From positions 117,986,001-118,050,000 of the forward strand of contig OX597823.1 in NCBI GenBank assembly GCA_951406725.2: 64,000 nucleotides of DNA, read 5' to 3'. A program made the position numbers and the translations under genes. Origin of the DNA: Octopus vulgaris. Its lineage: Eukaryota. Position 1 is the stretch's first letter. The number at the start of each line of letters is the position of its first letter. Below the pieces are notes generated by a model. It was not told the origin of the DNA. It was given only the letters and a program-made list of their open reading frames with translations, and searched no databases. Shown one piece after another: positions 51,101 to 63,955 of the stretch.

Positions 51101-51556
51101 GGCCGTTTGCCAGCTCTGTCTGGCCCTGTGTCGGTGGCACGTAAAAGCACCATCCGTTCGTGTCCGTTGCCAGCCTCGCCTGGCCCCCGTGCCGGTGACA
51201 CGTAAAAGCACCATCCGTTCGTGGCCGTTTGCCAGCTCTGTCTGGCCCCGTGTCGGTGGCCTGTAAAAGCACCATCCGTTCGTGTCCATTGCCAGCCTCG
51301 CCTGGCCCCTGTGCCGGCGACACGTAAAAGCACCGTCCATTCGTGGCCGTTAGCCAGCTCTGTCTGGCACCTGTGCAGGTGGCACGTAAAAAACACCCAC
51401 TACAATCACGGAGTGGTTGGCGTTAGGAAGGGCATCCAGCCGTAGAAACACTGCCAGATCTGACTGGGCCTGACGAAGCCTTCCAGCTTCACAGACCCCA
51501 GTTGAACCGTCCAACCCATGCTAGCATGGAAAGCGGACGCTAAATGATGATGATGA
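51101..51556 (+). mobile_element. RTE-type 3' end carrying a 61-bp minisatellite (about 5 units)
   Basis: Units start at 51101, 51162, 51223, 51284, 51345; followed by the standard tail and (GAT)n. Confidence 0.85.
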
Positions 51557-51603
51557 TTATTATATTATCATTATTATTATCATCATTATCATTATCATCA
51601 TTA

Positions 51604-51640
<37 letters not shown>

Positions 51641-51660
51641 CATCATCATTATCATTATTA

Positions 51661-51697
<37 letters not shown>

Positions 51698-52471
51698 GCA
51701 AAATGAATAGTTGATAATGATAATGATAATAATAATAATAGTTGGAGCTAAAAGAGATGATGGTGATAAGGTGCCTAGAAGACCCCCACAAGGCATAAGG
51801 TGAGTTGAAAAATCAGTTTGCAAGACTGTATGTAAAGAAGGAGAGGGGTGGGAGGCAGACTAACAGAACAGGTAGTGTTGAAGGGCAGATGTGTGAGAAG
51901 CCATGTGTTGGGGGAGATAGCAGGATGCAGATGAAAGTGGGGAGGAGGCAGCAGGGGTAGTAAAGATAAAATTGTCAGAGGGGAAAGACTGATGACTTGG
52001 TTGGTAGTCTGCAAGAAAGCACACTACAAAGCACTTCCAGAACTCAATTTATTCCTCAGTGAATAACTTATCGCTGCCCCAAAATGTCACCGGTTTAATA
52101 CATCCCACTGTGATTGATGTGTGACTAAAACAACATACAATACCATCTGTAGGAAATACCCTGGGATAAATATAGACAGTGTCTCTGTTATTGAATGCAT
52201 ATATACACAGTGGTATAGTACTGAAAAAGAAGTAGGAGAATGCTGAAGGTGCTACTTAGATGATGGGGATGTACAAGTGAGCACAGCAAGCCCATGTCGC
52301 AGTAACTGCCTTAGAAAAAAATAAATACTCAAATTAGACTGATATCAAAAGAGGCTGGTACATGTGTGGGGGTGTATCAATACCTGATTAACCTTTGCAT
52401 AGGTATAATCAATCTATGCTTCAATTTTGATAACAATTGGTCTCATAGTTTAGGAGGAATTTTATTAAAGA

Positions 52472-52830
52472 CTAGCACTATAACCCAGCAACGCCTGGTC
52501 ATAGTGCTAGTGCATGCATATACAGCTGCATGCGTGCGCACATACACGCACGTACTGTCCAAATCTCTGACCAATCACATACAGCTAGCTGGCATTCAAT
52601 TGGCGTATCAAGTTTCGGGCATTTTGATTGGGATTTGGATAGAAAATTCACAAAAAAAGTCACTTCTATTGATTTTTTAATGGCTTTGCGGGGTGACTGG
52701 GGAAATGTAAAGATGTGCACGATCACCCTTGGACGGTTTTGAATGACCATAGAAAGTGCTAACTGAAAAATTATGGATTTGTATAAAGGACACACACACA
52801 CACATTTTGCCATTTATATATATATATAGA
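52472..52830 (-). mobile_element. Non-autonomous Helitron
   Basis: Minus strand A|TC...CTAG|T, no TSD; empty site ttattaaaga|tggataagct preserved in the inverted paralog at 54440-54677. Confidence 0.85.
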
Positions 52831-53290
52831 TGGATAAGCTGAACTTAATAGATCCCTCTACAGCACTATACATGCAAACAGCATTTTTTTTCTTTACCCC
52901 AGCCAGCATTGATACTAAATTCTACTTCATAATGGTGATATGTACCTAATCATGATTCCAAACCCTCTTGGCAATACAGTTTGTTAAATACAGTTCTAAA
53001 AATAATTTATTTAGGCTTCCCTTGAAGTTTTGCATTTGAAACCCTTAGACTTCATTACTTTTGTTTGAATTTCAGATACTGGAGGATAAAACCTGAGCCA
53101 ATTGTGTACATAGACATCTGGTTCCTATGCTGGAATTGGAAGGCCATTAAGTTTAATAAAAATGAGATTATTCACTTGGTTAATTAACAGTTTAGACTTT
53201 ATTTCCATCATGACAATATTCAGACTGCTGCAGCTTTTTTCACACTCATCAGAGCTACATGGGATTGCTTTTGAACAACTGATTTAAAGA

Positions 53291-53366
53291 TTTCAGGTTT
53301 AGCTGAATATGTCACCTGCTATTGTCTAGAGAGTCTCTGATTTTTATTTTACTTCTCTTACTGTCA
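53291..53366 (+). repeat. 76-bp direct duplication (other copy 54075-54150)
   Basis: tttcaggtttagctgaatatg...ctcttactgtca reads identically at both sites. Confidence 0.9.
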
Positions 53367-54439
53367 TTCATAATCTGAAAGCCTTGTACAACCACACTAC
53401 AATCACATGACAAGCAAAAACATATTATTTATAATTACATAATATGAAATTATATATATTAGCAACAAAGACAGTATTAATACAGAGAGGTAATATATAT
53501 TTCCACTTAAACATGGATGTTCTTTTCGAATGTGGTAGATATTATAGGAACTCTCATATAAGGCTTTTAGTACAAAATGCATGCTTGTTTATATAATTCA
53601 CAGGGAGATAACCCTCACCAACTTCAGCTCTGAGACCACCAGATCACATGGTCAGATGGCTCTTCATCAGTTTAAATGATGACTATTCTAATGGAATAAT
53701 TATTGTTTTATCGATTAAACAATTGAAACCATCATCATTGCATGAGTGGTTGAGTATTCCATAAACATGTATACTCTTAATGTAATTCTTCAGTGATAAT
53801 CGGCATAACACAGTGTGAGACAAGATTGACTCTTTGTTTATAGTTGGGAAAAGACTAAAGCCCTCTGGCAAGGACATGTCATCTGTAGCTAAGAGAAAGA
53901 AGCATTCTTAATTGTTAGAAGTATTCTGGATAGCTGAGTTTATCCAATTGATCCAAGATATCAACAACAAGACCCCAGAATTGATGAGGGCTATTGCCAG
54001 GCAGCTGAAGGTGATGGAGTACACTTAAAGACATGTAGTGTATAAGGGCATCAAGTACAAATTCCACTTGAAGGTTTCAGGTTTAGCTGAATATGTCACC
54101 TGCTATTGTCTAGAGAGTCTCTGATTTTTATTTTACTTCTCTTACTGTCACTCACATCTAGAAAGGACCATGAAAACCATGTGTTTATATGCTCTCAGTA
54201 TGATGTGGCTTCCAAGATTACCTGATTTGAACCTCTGGCTATTGTGTTTGTAGCATCATAAGGAAAGTCTAACTATTAAGTGACCACTCAATATTGTCTT
54301 CACATAATGCAATCAATTGACAACCAGGACCCATTTGATAAAATCAAATAGGAAAACTGAACATAAAAGGAAGCAAGTGTAATATGCAAGAGAGAAAACT
54401 GCTCTGGTAAAGGCATGTGATCCTTTTGGATGAGAGCAA

Positions 54440-54677
54440 CTGGGGTTTAAAAAAATGCTGTTTGCATGTATAGTGCTGTAGAGGGATCTATTAAGTTCAG
54501 CTTATCCATCTTTAATAAAATTCCTCTTAAACTATGAGGCTAATTGTTATCAAAATTGAAACATAGATTGATTAGACCTATGCAAGTTGCTCTCATCCAA
54601 AAGGTTAATCAGGTATTGATATACCCACACACACGTACCAGCCTCTTTTGATATCAGTCTAATTTGAGTATTTATTT
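54440..54677 (-). repeat. Inverted duplication of 52319-52471 + 52831-52902
   Basis: Reverse complement aligns across both Helitron flanks with scattered mismatches. Confidence 0.9.
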
Positions 54678-56185
54678 AAAGACGTGTAAAACACTTACAA
54701 CAGATGAAATCTGTGGAACTGAGAGGGCCCAGAAAGACATGGGATGAAATGAGGAAGACTAAAGATCTGGATGAACTTCATGGAGGAGATGAAAAAGGAC
54801 AAACCTGACCAGAGACAGGCAGTACTCAAGAAGCCCTGCCTGTCTATGCAAGCATAGCGAAACTGGTGTTAAAACACACATGTACACAGATAAAAAGTGA
54901 CTGCAGCAAATTAAAACATTCTGTCCCAGAGCAAAATCTTCTCTGTTGGGCAAATATGGCAAAGGAAACGCTAACAAGGGAATGTTACTGGCTGGGATAC
55001 TCTCACTGCATTCTCCTCTGCCCCACCCACTTCTCTTCCCCTCTATGCTATCCACCAGTTTCTTTTCCTCTCATTGCATTTATTCACAGCTCCCTCACCT
55101 CTGCCTCTCTATCATCTCTATACTGTCTCATATCTTCTCTAACCCACACCTTTCTTTCTTCCAATATGGTACCTTATTCATCATCTTGTCAGAGTCAACA
55201 CGCACACACACACTCTCTCTCTCTCTCTCATGTTCTTTAGTCTTTCAAGTTGCAAGGTAACCTTTGTTGGTGCTGGTACCATAAAAACCTTTGTTGGTGT
55301 TGGTGCTGGTGCCATAAAAAAACATCCAGTACATTCTGTAAAGTGGTACATATTATTAAGAGCATCCAGCCATAGAAGAAAAAAGCCCCCAAATTAAAAG
55401 TGAGCGACATGTGATTTCCTGATGTGTCTAGGCAAGCAGCATCCTTGAATCCATGCTGATTTGACAGTGACAATCCTCTGACCCATCCCAGCATGGAAAA
55501 TTACTGTAAGATGATGATGATGTATGTATGTACACACATACACACCAACACACATACACTGAAACTACTTCAAGAATACTTGAAGTTCTTTAAACAAAAT
55601 GTACTTGAATTATGACTGACATCTGGATATGACATTTTTTCTTGAAAAACCACATGGGGAAGTGGCTTATGTTTACGAGTTTGGGAACTGTCCAAGGTAA
55701 GCAGTATTTCTTCGACAACACACAGGATTACTCTGCACAGCAGGAATAAAGAGAGGAAACAAAACTCAAAACTCAAACATAACCTACAATGGCCCTCTTT
55801 ATACAAATGATGTGGAGAATAAAATAAAGAATGTAGGAGTGGCTGAAACTGGGATTTCAAGACTTAAGGTTGAGGGAGTTTTGTAGAAAATGAAGAAAAA
55901 TGTGAAGGTGGTAAAAAGGAGGATGAGAAGAAAAAGAAGCAGAAGATAGTAATAACGTCTGCCTGTAAACACATCATCCTTCTTTGATAGACTCAGTCTC
56001 ACAGTTGAGAAACATACCTGTCAATGGAAAAGTCAACTTTCTGTTAACTTTCTCCTGTAGCTTACCTCCCTATAACAAACTCTGGCTACTTTTCACTGTG
56101 TTCTCTTGTAATTTAAGCTTCTCAAAATCTTCGTATCAATTCACATTTCCTTGCATAGAAACATGCAGCTTCCATTTTGCACATA

Positions 56186-57061
56186 TTGGCTCATCTCATA
56201 AATAATGCATTTTTTAAATATTTATTTTATTTTTCAAAATTAAGATAAACAAAGTTCATTTTTAATCTAAAATATACTCTCCTTCATTTTCTACAATGCT
56301 CTTCAATCTATCTGGCTGACTCGCAAGGCCCCTCTTCCAAAATTCACTTGTCCATGATGAAAAATACTCCTGCAGTACTGTTCTGACCTCATCTACAGAA
56401 TTCATATTTTTTCTGTCCAAATGATTTTGAAGACTGTGGAATAGATGATAATCAGATGGGGCAATGTCCAGCGAATATAGTCATTTCCCATTCAAACTGC
56501 TCAAGCCTTTTAAATGTCATCCTCATTGTATGTGGCCAAGCATTATCCTGATGGAAGAACACCTTTTGTCTTGAAACCAAAGATGATTGTTTTTCTTCTA
56601 GTGCTGACTTGAATGAGTGGTTGAATGACCAAATTCAAGCTTCTCTGCTAGTTCCTCAACAGTTACAATGGGATTTTGTTCCACCAGGGTTTGCAGGATA
56701 TCCTCATCGATCTCTAAAGGCTCATCTTTTAGGCTGTAGTTTCCAGCTCAAAATTTCTGGAACCACCATTGTCTGATCTTCATATACTGCATTAATATTC
56801 CTCACACTTTCCATTGCATCGTTGCCTTTATTGAACTCAAAGCAAAATATTCTAAATATACTCCTTTGTCACTTCCATTATAGCTTTGAAAAAAAGTTGT
56901 TAAAATCGAACTGCACTCTTCAAAACCTTCACTAAGAATAAGCACAAAGTAAAATTACCACCTGCTTTTATAGTAAGTTGATGCAAGTAGTTTATCCCAT
57001 CCCCCTTCAACTTTTACTTCATGCACTTGACAAAAACCGCATTATTTATGGGATGACCCAG
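56186..57061 (-). mobile_element. Internally deleted mariner (Tc1/mariner) transposon
   Basis: TA-flanked ~30-bp TIRs ttggctcatctcataaataatgc / gcattatttatgggatgacccag; transposase remnants FHQDNAWPH and YSLDIAPSDYHLF. Confidence 0.88.
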
Positions 57062-58508
57062 TATTTTAGGGATTTCACAATAAACTGCAATTAGTAATGG
57101 GTACTTAACAGGGGTAACCTTCTTTCTGTACCAACATCTAAACCATCCTGTGGCAAAGAGTAAAATCTATAAAAGCTTCTTTAGCAAAGTTCTGTCCATC
57201 TTTACATCCTGCATTCAAATTCTGCCAAGGTCAATTTTGCCTTTTATCCTTTCAAAGTTGATAAAATAGGTACCAGTTGACTACTGGGGGCCAATGTAAT
57301 CAACATAACCCCTCCAAACTTGCTGGCCTTGTGCCAAATTTCAAAACTAATATTTCTATCTATATTTTACTTTAATTGATTTGATGCAATTACTAAAAGA
57401 TATTTTTTTTCTTCTAAAGATGGATAAAATAATCAGAAAAATTATAATTGTATTAATAGCTCATCTCAGACATTTAATCCATGTAAATATTGTTCTGTTA
57501 TATCAACTTCAATGTAAAGATAGTGAAGTTGTGAACATGATACTGCACCAGACTTCCATATATTGAATTTATGACATTCATACAAGAAGAACATAAATGA
57601 AGTGAAGCAATTCCAGTGTGAAATTGAAACCCTGTTGTAGAATATACTACTGCACTGTGATGCCTGACAAACACATTTTATAACATTCATACATAACAAA
57701 CTGGTACTCTGAAGGTTACAATGACAAGGGTTCCAGTTGATCTGATGAACAGAACAGCCTGTTTGAGAAATTATCATGCAAGTGGCTGAGTGCTCCACAG
57801 ACATGTATCCTTAACGTAGTTCTCAAGGAGATTCAATGTGACATGGCTGGCCCTTTGAAATATAGGTTCTACTCATTTTTACCAGCTGAGTGGACTGGAG
57901 CAATATGAAATTAAGTATCTTGCTCAAGGACCAACACATTGCTGGGAATTGAACTCACAACCTTACAAACATGGGCCAAATATCTTAACCACTAAGCCAT
58001 GAGTCTTCACTACACACACACACACACACACACAATTATACAATGGACCTATACATATTTACACTTAAACATCATATACTAAGAAAAACGTGCTTTCTCA
58101 ACTTGCTTTGAATGAAATTTTAGCATTACCATGATTTTGCTTTTTAAATAAAATATCTTGTACATTGAACTGTTCATACATAATCCACCAAGACATCAGA
58201 CTCAAGCATTTTCTTTATTTATTTCAAAACTGTGAATAAAATCCTTTAAAAAATAATGAATATTTCATAAACTTTTCTTTTAATTTAAAATTTAGTCTCT
58301 ATTTCTGCAGCAGAAAACAATCTTGAGAACTAAGCAATTAGAAAGGATAAGGAAGATATTTATATTTCAGTCAGTTTTCTGTGAAAATATTCAACCAGTT
58401 ATTTCTTTTTTTCTTCTGGAGAATTTATTGAAAAGTTCAGTCAAATTGAAGAAGGGTATTGCAGTGATATTGGGAATGGCTATGGTGATGGGATGCTGAG
58501 CAAAGTAT

Positions 58509-58844
58509 TTATCCAAAAGAAAGATCCCTGTCATCTTTACTGTCCGTTATGTAACGAGAAAACATTTTAAAGACAAAACGGCAAGATGATAATAGCAAGA
58601 TACTAACCACACCAACGAGTACTACTACTTTGATGATTAGTAACTCACTCATTTTAATCTGGCCTGAAGTAAGGGAATTGTCCACAGAGGTGTTCAGTAT
58701 TCCTGAATCTGTAGATGAGTTGTTGAGATTCCGTATGATTGGTATGTTTACATTCCCAACGACAGGAACAGTTTGATTTAGAGATGATAATGTAGATACA
58801 GCCATTTCTATGTTATCTCGAAGAATCCGGTGAAGGAGTGGCAT
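58509..58844 (-). CDS. Putative 111-aa single-pass membrane glycoprotein (unrecognised)
   Basis: Acceptor tttcctcctctatag|aaaaATG; Ser/Thr/Asn-rich N-terminal part with sequons NQT, NNS, NSS, NTS; hydrophobic LLIIKVVVLVGVVSILLLSSC then basic RFVFKMFSR; minus-strand AATAAA at 58424-58429 and 58214-58219. Confidence 0.6.
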   Translation of the reverse strand: MPLLHRILRDNIEMAVSTLSSLNQTVPVVGNVNIPIIRNLNNSSTDSGILNTSVDNSLTSGQIKMSELLIIKVVVLVGVVSILLLSSCRFVFKMFSRYITDSKDDRDLSFG

Positions 58845-59869
58845 TTTTCTATAGAGGAGGAAATATGAAAGCTAGAATCTTTATGAATGCTTGAAAATAA
58901 ATACAATATTCCAAATTATTACGATTTTTATTGTTATAAAAGTCTTAAATGCCAAAACAAATGTGTCATTCTATTTTATAAACATCTTGCAATTGTGGCA
59001 AATAAAAGAAATTAAAAATCAATGGAAAATTATGTCATTAATTATAATTGCTGCTTTTATCTTTTTCTGTTGTTGTTGTGTATTCTCAGTGAATTCTGTT
59101 TGAAATCATATATCTGTTGCAACATAATTCTTCTATTAAATTATAGTATTTCTAAGTTTTGAAGATGAAGGCGATATTACTCTGGTAAGGATGATATTAC
59201 ACCACTTCAGAGTAAGAGAGATATTCTGATATCCTTGGTTCAGTCAACTGAAGATATTTTCTCCCAGATTTCATGCTTTCTCTGTTTTCCTTAAATTAAT
59301 TGTATTCATTAAATTAACTTCTGTTTTTGTAAGACAATATATGTTTTAAAATAAAATAGTTGTATACATAGAAGTAATTGTGGGATTTTACTGAGTATTT
59401 CTAGTTAATGACTAAATTTATCAGTGTAGTCATTCCTTGTCTCCATCACTGGATTATTATATTCAGATAGAAAAAAATTGTGGGTTTCATTGAGTGTTGG
59501 CTGCTCCAATATTTGAATATTGTATGGGCTAATCAGGTATGAAATTCTGTATCTGTCACCTGCCCAGAATGTTATTCAATTGTTACTTTGAGATGTGAGT
59601 CTTGATATGAGAGAAAAGCATTCACTTCAACCAATATTACCTGTGAAAGAGAAAATAAATTAGATTAATTTAAATTACATTTTTTTAGACTTCAGTTTCT
59701 ATGTTTCCATATTCTTTTTTATAAACATGCACACATAATTATTCAGTAGTATATATGTCTCATCTCTCTCTCTCTCTCTCTGACAATCATGTATCTTCTC
59801 TATAGCAAGACACCTGTTTCTGTCTTCTGTGTCATACTCTAACGTCTCATCACCTGGAACAAATTCATC

Positions 59870-60425
59870 TCAAAACCAATACAAGTTGTGACAACACAAT
59901 CAGGTAGCAAAAGTGCTACATTGGAAACTTGATGAAAAGTGGAGGTTAGAGAGAGACAAGATATGATATGAGCACAAACTGCAGAGAATGGCAGAGTCAG
60001 GAATCTGCAAAATCCTGTAGGATTTCAAAATCCGAACAGATAGGAAAACAAGCTAGACCTAGTGGTGATGGACAAGGTGACCCCCCATGTGTTCTATAAC
60101 TGATGTTGCATGCCCTTTTGACACAGAAATAGTAAAAAATTAAGATAAAAAAATAGACATATGCAATGCTCTTAAATATGAGATAGTTTGACTGTGGAAA
60201 ATGAAGAAGATAGCACAAATTATTGTTGGGTCCTTGGGGACAGTATCAGGAGGCATCAAGAGGAATATAAAGGAAATCAGAATAGAGTGAGTGCCCTGTA
60301 GAATTATTAGGAAAGTATTAGATAGTCAAAAAGAACAGATAGCATGGTACCATAGGCTGCAGGTAGCAAGCCCACTGTGTATGCAAGACTCCAGTAACAA
60401 AACCTGAATTAAAAAAGTAATAATA
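59870..60425 (+). mobile_element. Older, decayed R4-clade LINE 3' end (different family)
   Basis: KIL*DFKIRTD, DVACPFD, LKYEI, IIVGSLGTV, RIIRKVLD: RLE-domain remnants; ends gtaataata. Confidence 0.65.
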
Positions 60426-61523
60426 AAAAAATACAATACTATATTCTCATATCCTGGAAATCATCCCAATAGTCATGGCATGAGTTCTGAGCAGATCATG
60501 TCAAATAAGGTCTGCTAGTCAATAAAAAAAATTGAAAAGCCATTGCTTTTCAGACAATTACACACACACACATGATGATGATGATGATGATGATAATAGT
60601 GATGATGTTAAATCTAATATAATGAATGTGGAAACTAATTTCTGTGTGTCAGTGTGTCACACTTTGACTCCCAATTTCACTATTCAGTGATACTTCTACT
60701 ATTCCTTGTGCTGGGATGAGAGTAGTAGTAGTCATAAAGATGGTGAGGGTGGTGGCGAAGACAGATAGAGAGACAGAGTGAAAAAGAAAAAGAGAGGGAG
60801 AGAAAGAGAGACAAAGAAATTTAGGCAGAGTTGAAGATGTTTTATTAAAAGTAGTGGTGTTGATGAGAGAGAAAGAGTGGGTATGTGAGAGAAAGAGGGA
60901 CTGAACACTAAACCAGCATGCTGGACTAACATACTGAACAATGATGGTAATGGGGTGGTAGTAATAATATGAGCTGTAATTGTGATAGTGGCAGAGGCAG
61001 TGGTGGTGGTGGTGGTGGTGGTAGCCAAGGCAGTCAGGGATGATGGTGAGAGTAAGCAGTGTGAAAGACAGAGGTGATGGCAGTGGAGGGGAAGACAGTG
61101 AAATCAAAGGTATTGATAGTGGTGGCATCAGAAGTCTGAATGGTGTATATGGCAGATATGGTGGCGATGGTAGTGGCACTGTTGTTTATCATACAGCTTT
61201 GCAATAAGTTCCAAGTTGACAAATTATATCATTGCTTTGATGAAAATTGTTCATTGCTTGAAAAATATTGTTCAAGTTTAATAAAATTTAATATGTACTC
61301 AATGCATGAAGCGTCATTGTTGGGCCCAAGGCCTAATGAAGATCCCTCCACAGGAGCTAGCTTAAAAGCTGCCCTATAGTACATATATATATATTTAATC
61401 TGAAGCAAAACCTCTGGTTTTTCTTGCACTATGCTCACCCACTCACTTCTCTCTCTTTTTCTCATCCTCCGGAACAAACAGAAATACAACTCAACTAATC
61501 TCACCTGGGCCTTACTTACTTAC

Positions 61524-61624
61524 CAGGATGTTTATTTACTCTGTTCTACAGAGACGGAGCAGGGAGGGGAGAAGCATGACAGTAACTAATAGGATATTAC
61601 AGGCATTGCTTTACTCATTTGCAT
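61524..61624 (-). promoter_or_regulatory. Possible non-coding first exon / promoter of the minus-strand gene
   Basis: Strong donor cctg|gtaagt at 61524 (second donor cag|gtgaga at 61505); octamer ATTTGCAT at 61617-61624; strong acceptor tttctctttcacag| at 59640. Confidence 0.35.
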
Positions 61625-61646
61625 ATCAAAACATTTTAATTAACCA

Positions 61647-61683
<37 letters not shown>

Positions 61684-63468
61684 TGTGTGTAGTTATGTTG
61701 TAATTAAAATTACAAGTATATGTTTAATAGATTCTGCATAAAAAGCCCATGGTTAAAGCTCAGGACACCTTCCCCCACTCCCTCTCTCACTTTTGCTCTT
61801 ATGTCAATACTAATGTATCACTTCTCCAGAACACATCACCTGATGCATTTAAGGTCCAGCTTCAAATTTTGGGAGTGTGTAAAAAGCATTGAATAAGTAC
61901 TCTTTGACCTGGGCTTGTTTATTCAATCCGAGAAGGGGAGGGAAAGCAAAGTCAACTCCAATGGAATTTCAACTTAGACCATAAAGGAACTAAATACTTT
62001 AACAAACTCTATCAATATTTTCATTTAATAATTTCTTTTATTGGTTTCAAGGGCCCAAAACGTTGAGGACGACACAAAGGCAAATTACACAAGACATCAA
62101 TAAGAAACATCATGAGATTTAGATTAACTAAGAGTGAGACAAACCATGACAATAAAAACATTAACTAACAATAATAGGTAATGATAATAATGATGTTTCT
62201 GTGCCTTTTAGCACTATACATCTATATGAGATACTTTCCCAAGACAAATACAGCAGTGTTGAGAGTTTTTACAGTCATCGATGTTAAGTAAGATATACTT
62301 CCATTGCTCATAATGAATGTTTACCCAGCCCACCAGCTATTTGCAACACCAGTGTTTTGTTGCCCACTGTTCATCTACACCAGTAGAGGCAAAATTTGTC
62401 TAAGCATGTCACTGATGATGTGCAAAGACACAGAAATCTATATTTAATAATTTCACTACTGCTGGTAAATGCTTTTCATCTGCTTCTAATGCACTTCTGT
62501 GCTTTTTATCACTATACACTTATAGAAGATGCTTTCTCAAGATGAATACCACAATGTTGTGGCTTTCTACAGTATATACATGTTGAGTAAGATATACAGA
62601 TTGCTATTCAGAACTATAAAAAGAATTTTAAACCAAAAAAAGAAAATATTCCTAGACATGAAGGAGCAACCACAAAGGATGATTCACCCAACACACAATC
62701 CTGGATACCCTGATACTTCAAAAGACCAAAACTTTTCCCAGTTCTTGCAGCCAAGCTTACATCTGCATAGTTAATATGAACTCATTTAGCCTCACCAATT
62801 TTACCCACTCTTACCTATCTTTCATAAAATTTAGTAGAGGACAGCACCTCACTGTTGACCTTCTCTCTTCTCCAAATATTAGATTGAAGAAGTTGATTTG
62901 GGCTTGTTTTAGAAGAAAAGGTTTATCCTTAGATCATTCAGCTATATTCACCATATAACTTCCTTCGCCATATCCACCAAACACATAATAATGAACTAAT
63001 CTTCCCCCCTTAAGCCAGTTTTAGAAATTCTCATTACTGTTATTCATAGGCTGCTTCCCAACCACATGATATCAGGTACAATCCCACACTGTGTGGCAAC
63101 TTGGACATGTGTCTTCTACAATACCGCTGGGTCAGCCAAAGTCTTGTGAATAAATCTGGTAGAAGGAAAGTGGAAGAAGCTGATTGTGTGTGTGCATGTC
63201 TTTGTGTTTGTGTTTGTCCACTGCTTGACAGCCACTTTGAGAGTTGAACTTATAAAAAATATATGAGTAGCTATCAAAATTTGTAATAATAAATGTCTCT
63301 AAACTCAGCTTAGGTCTGAATTCTTTAGCTGTAACCAAGCAAAAAATGAACAGACCCCTGTTATGCTGTTCAATAAGCAAATCCATAAATAAATAAATAA
63401 GTAAAGAAATAAAGGAGATGTATTCTCATAGCAAGTGACTTGATCTGAGATTGTGTGCTGAAGCAAAA

Positions 63469-63781
63469 ACAATTGCAATGTGGAAAATGTTTATAAGCCA
63501 TTTAAAAATACACAAAAAATCGTTAGATTCCCTTCAACATTTAAATATAATTTGTGTCAAAATATTTTTGCCACTTTGAAACCATGACCTCTTCTATGAC
63601 AAAACTTTGTGCTGCATCAAAATTTCGTGCTGATACAGAACAAAGTTTTGTCAGTCAACAGGTCACAGTTTCAAAGCGACGAAAATATTTTGACACAAAT
63701 TAATTTTAAATGTTGAAGTGAATCTAACAGTTTTTTGTGTGTTCTTAAATGGCTTATAAGCATCTTCCACACTGCAATTGT
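63469..63781. repeat. Foldback with ~150-bp imperfect arms
   Basis: acaattgcaatgtggaaaatgtttataagccatttaa... pairs with ...ttaaatggcttataagcatcttccacactgcaattgt; loop near 63620-63628. Confidence 0.88.
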
Positions 63782-63859
63782 AAAGAAATAAAGAGAAATA
63801 AAAAATATACATATACTCATAATCTGAGTTCTATTTTTCCTGTTTCCATCAACATAACT

Positions 63860-63955
63860 GTATGTATATATATATATATATATTTATATATGTGTGTATA
63901 TATACACAGACACACATACACATATATATGCAGCATGTATATTTATATGTATGTG

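Noticed and set aside
51101-51400. Regular repeats resembling a CRISPR array
   Set aside because: Contiguous tandem units with no unique spacers, inside a LINE tail, in a eukaryotic context with no cas genes
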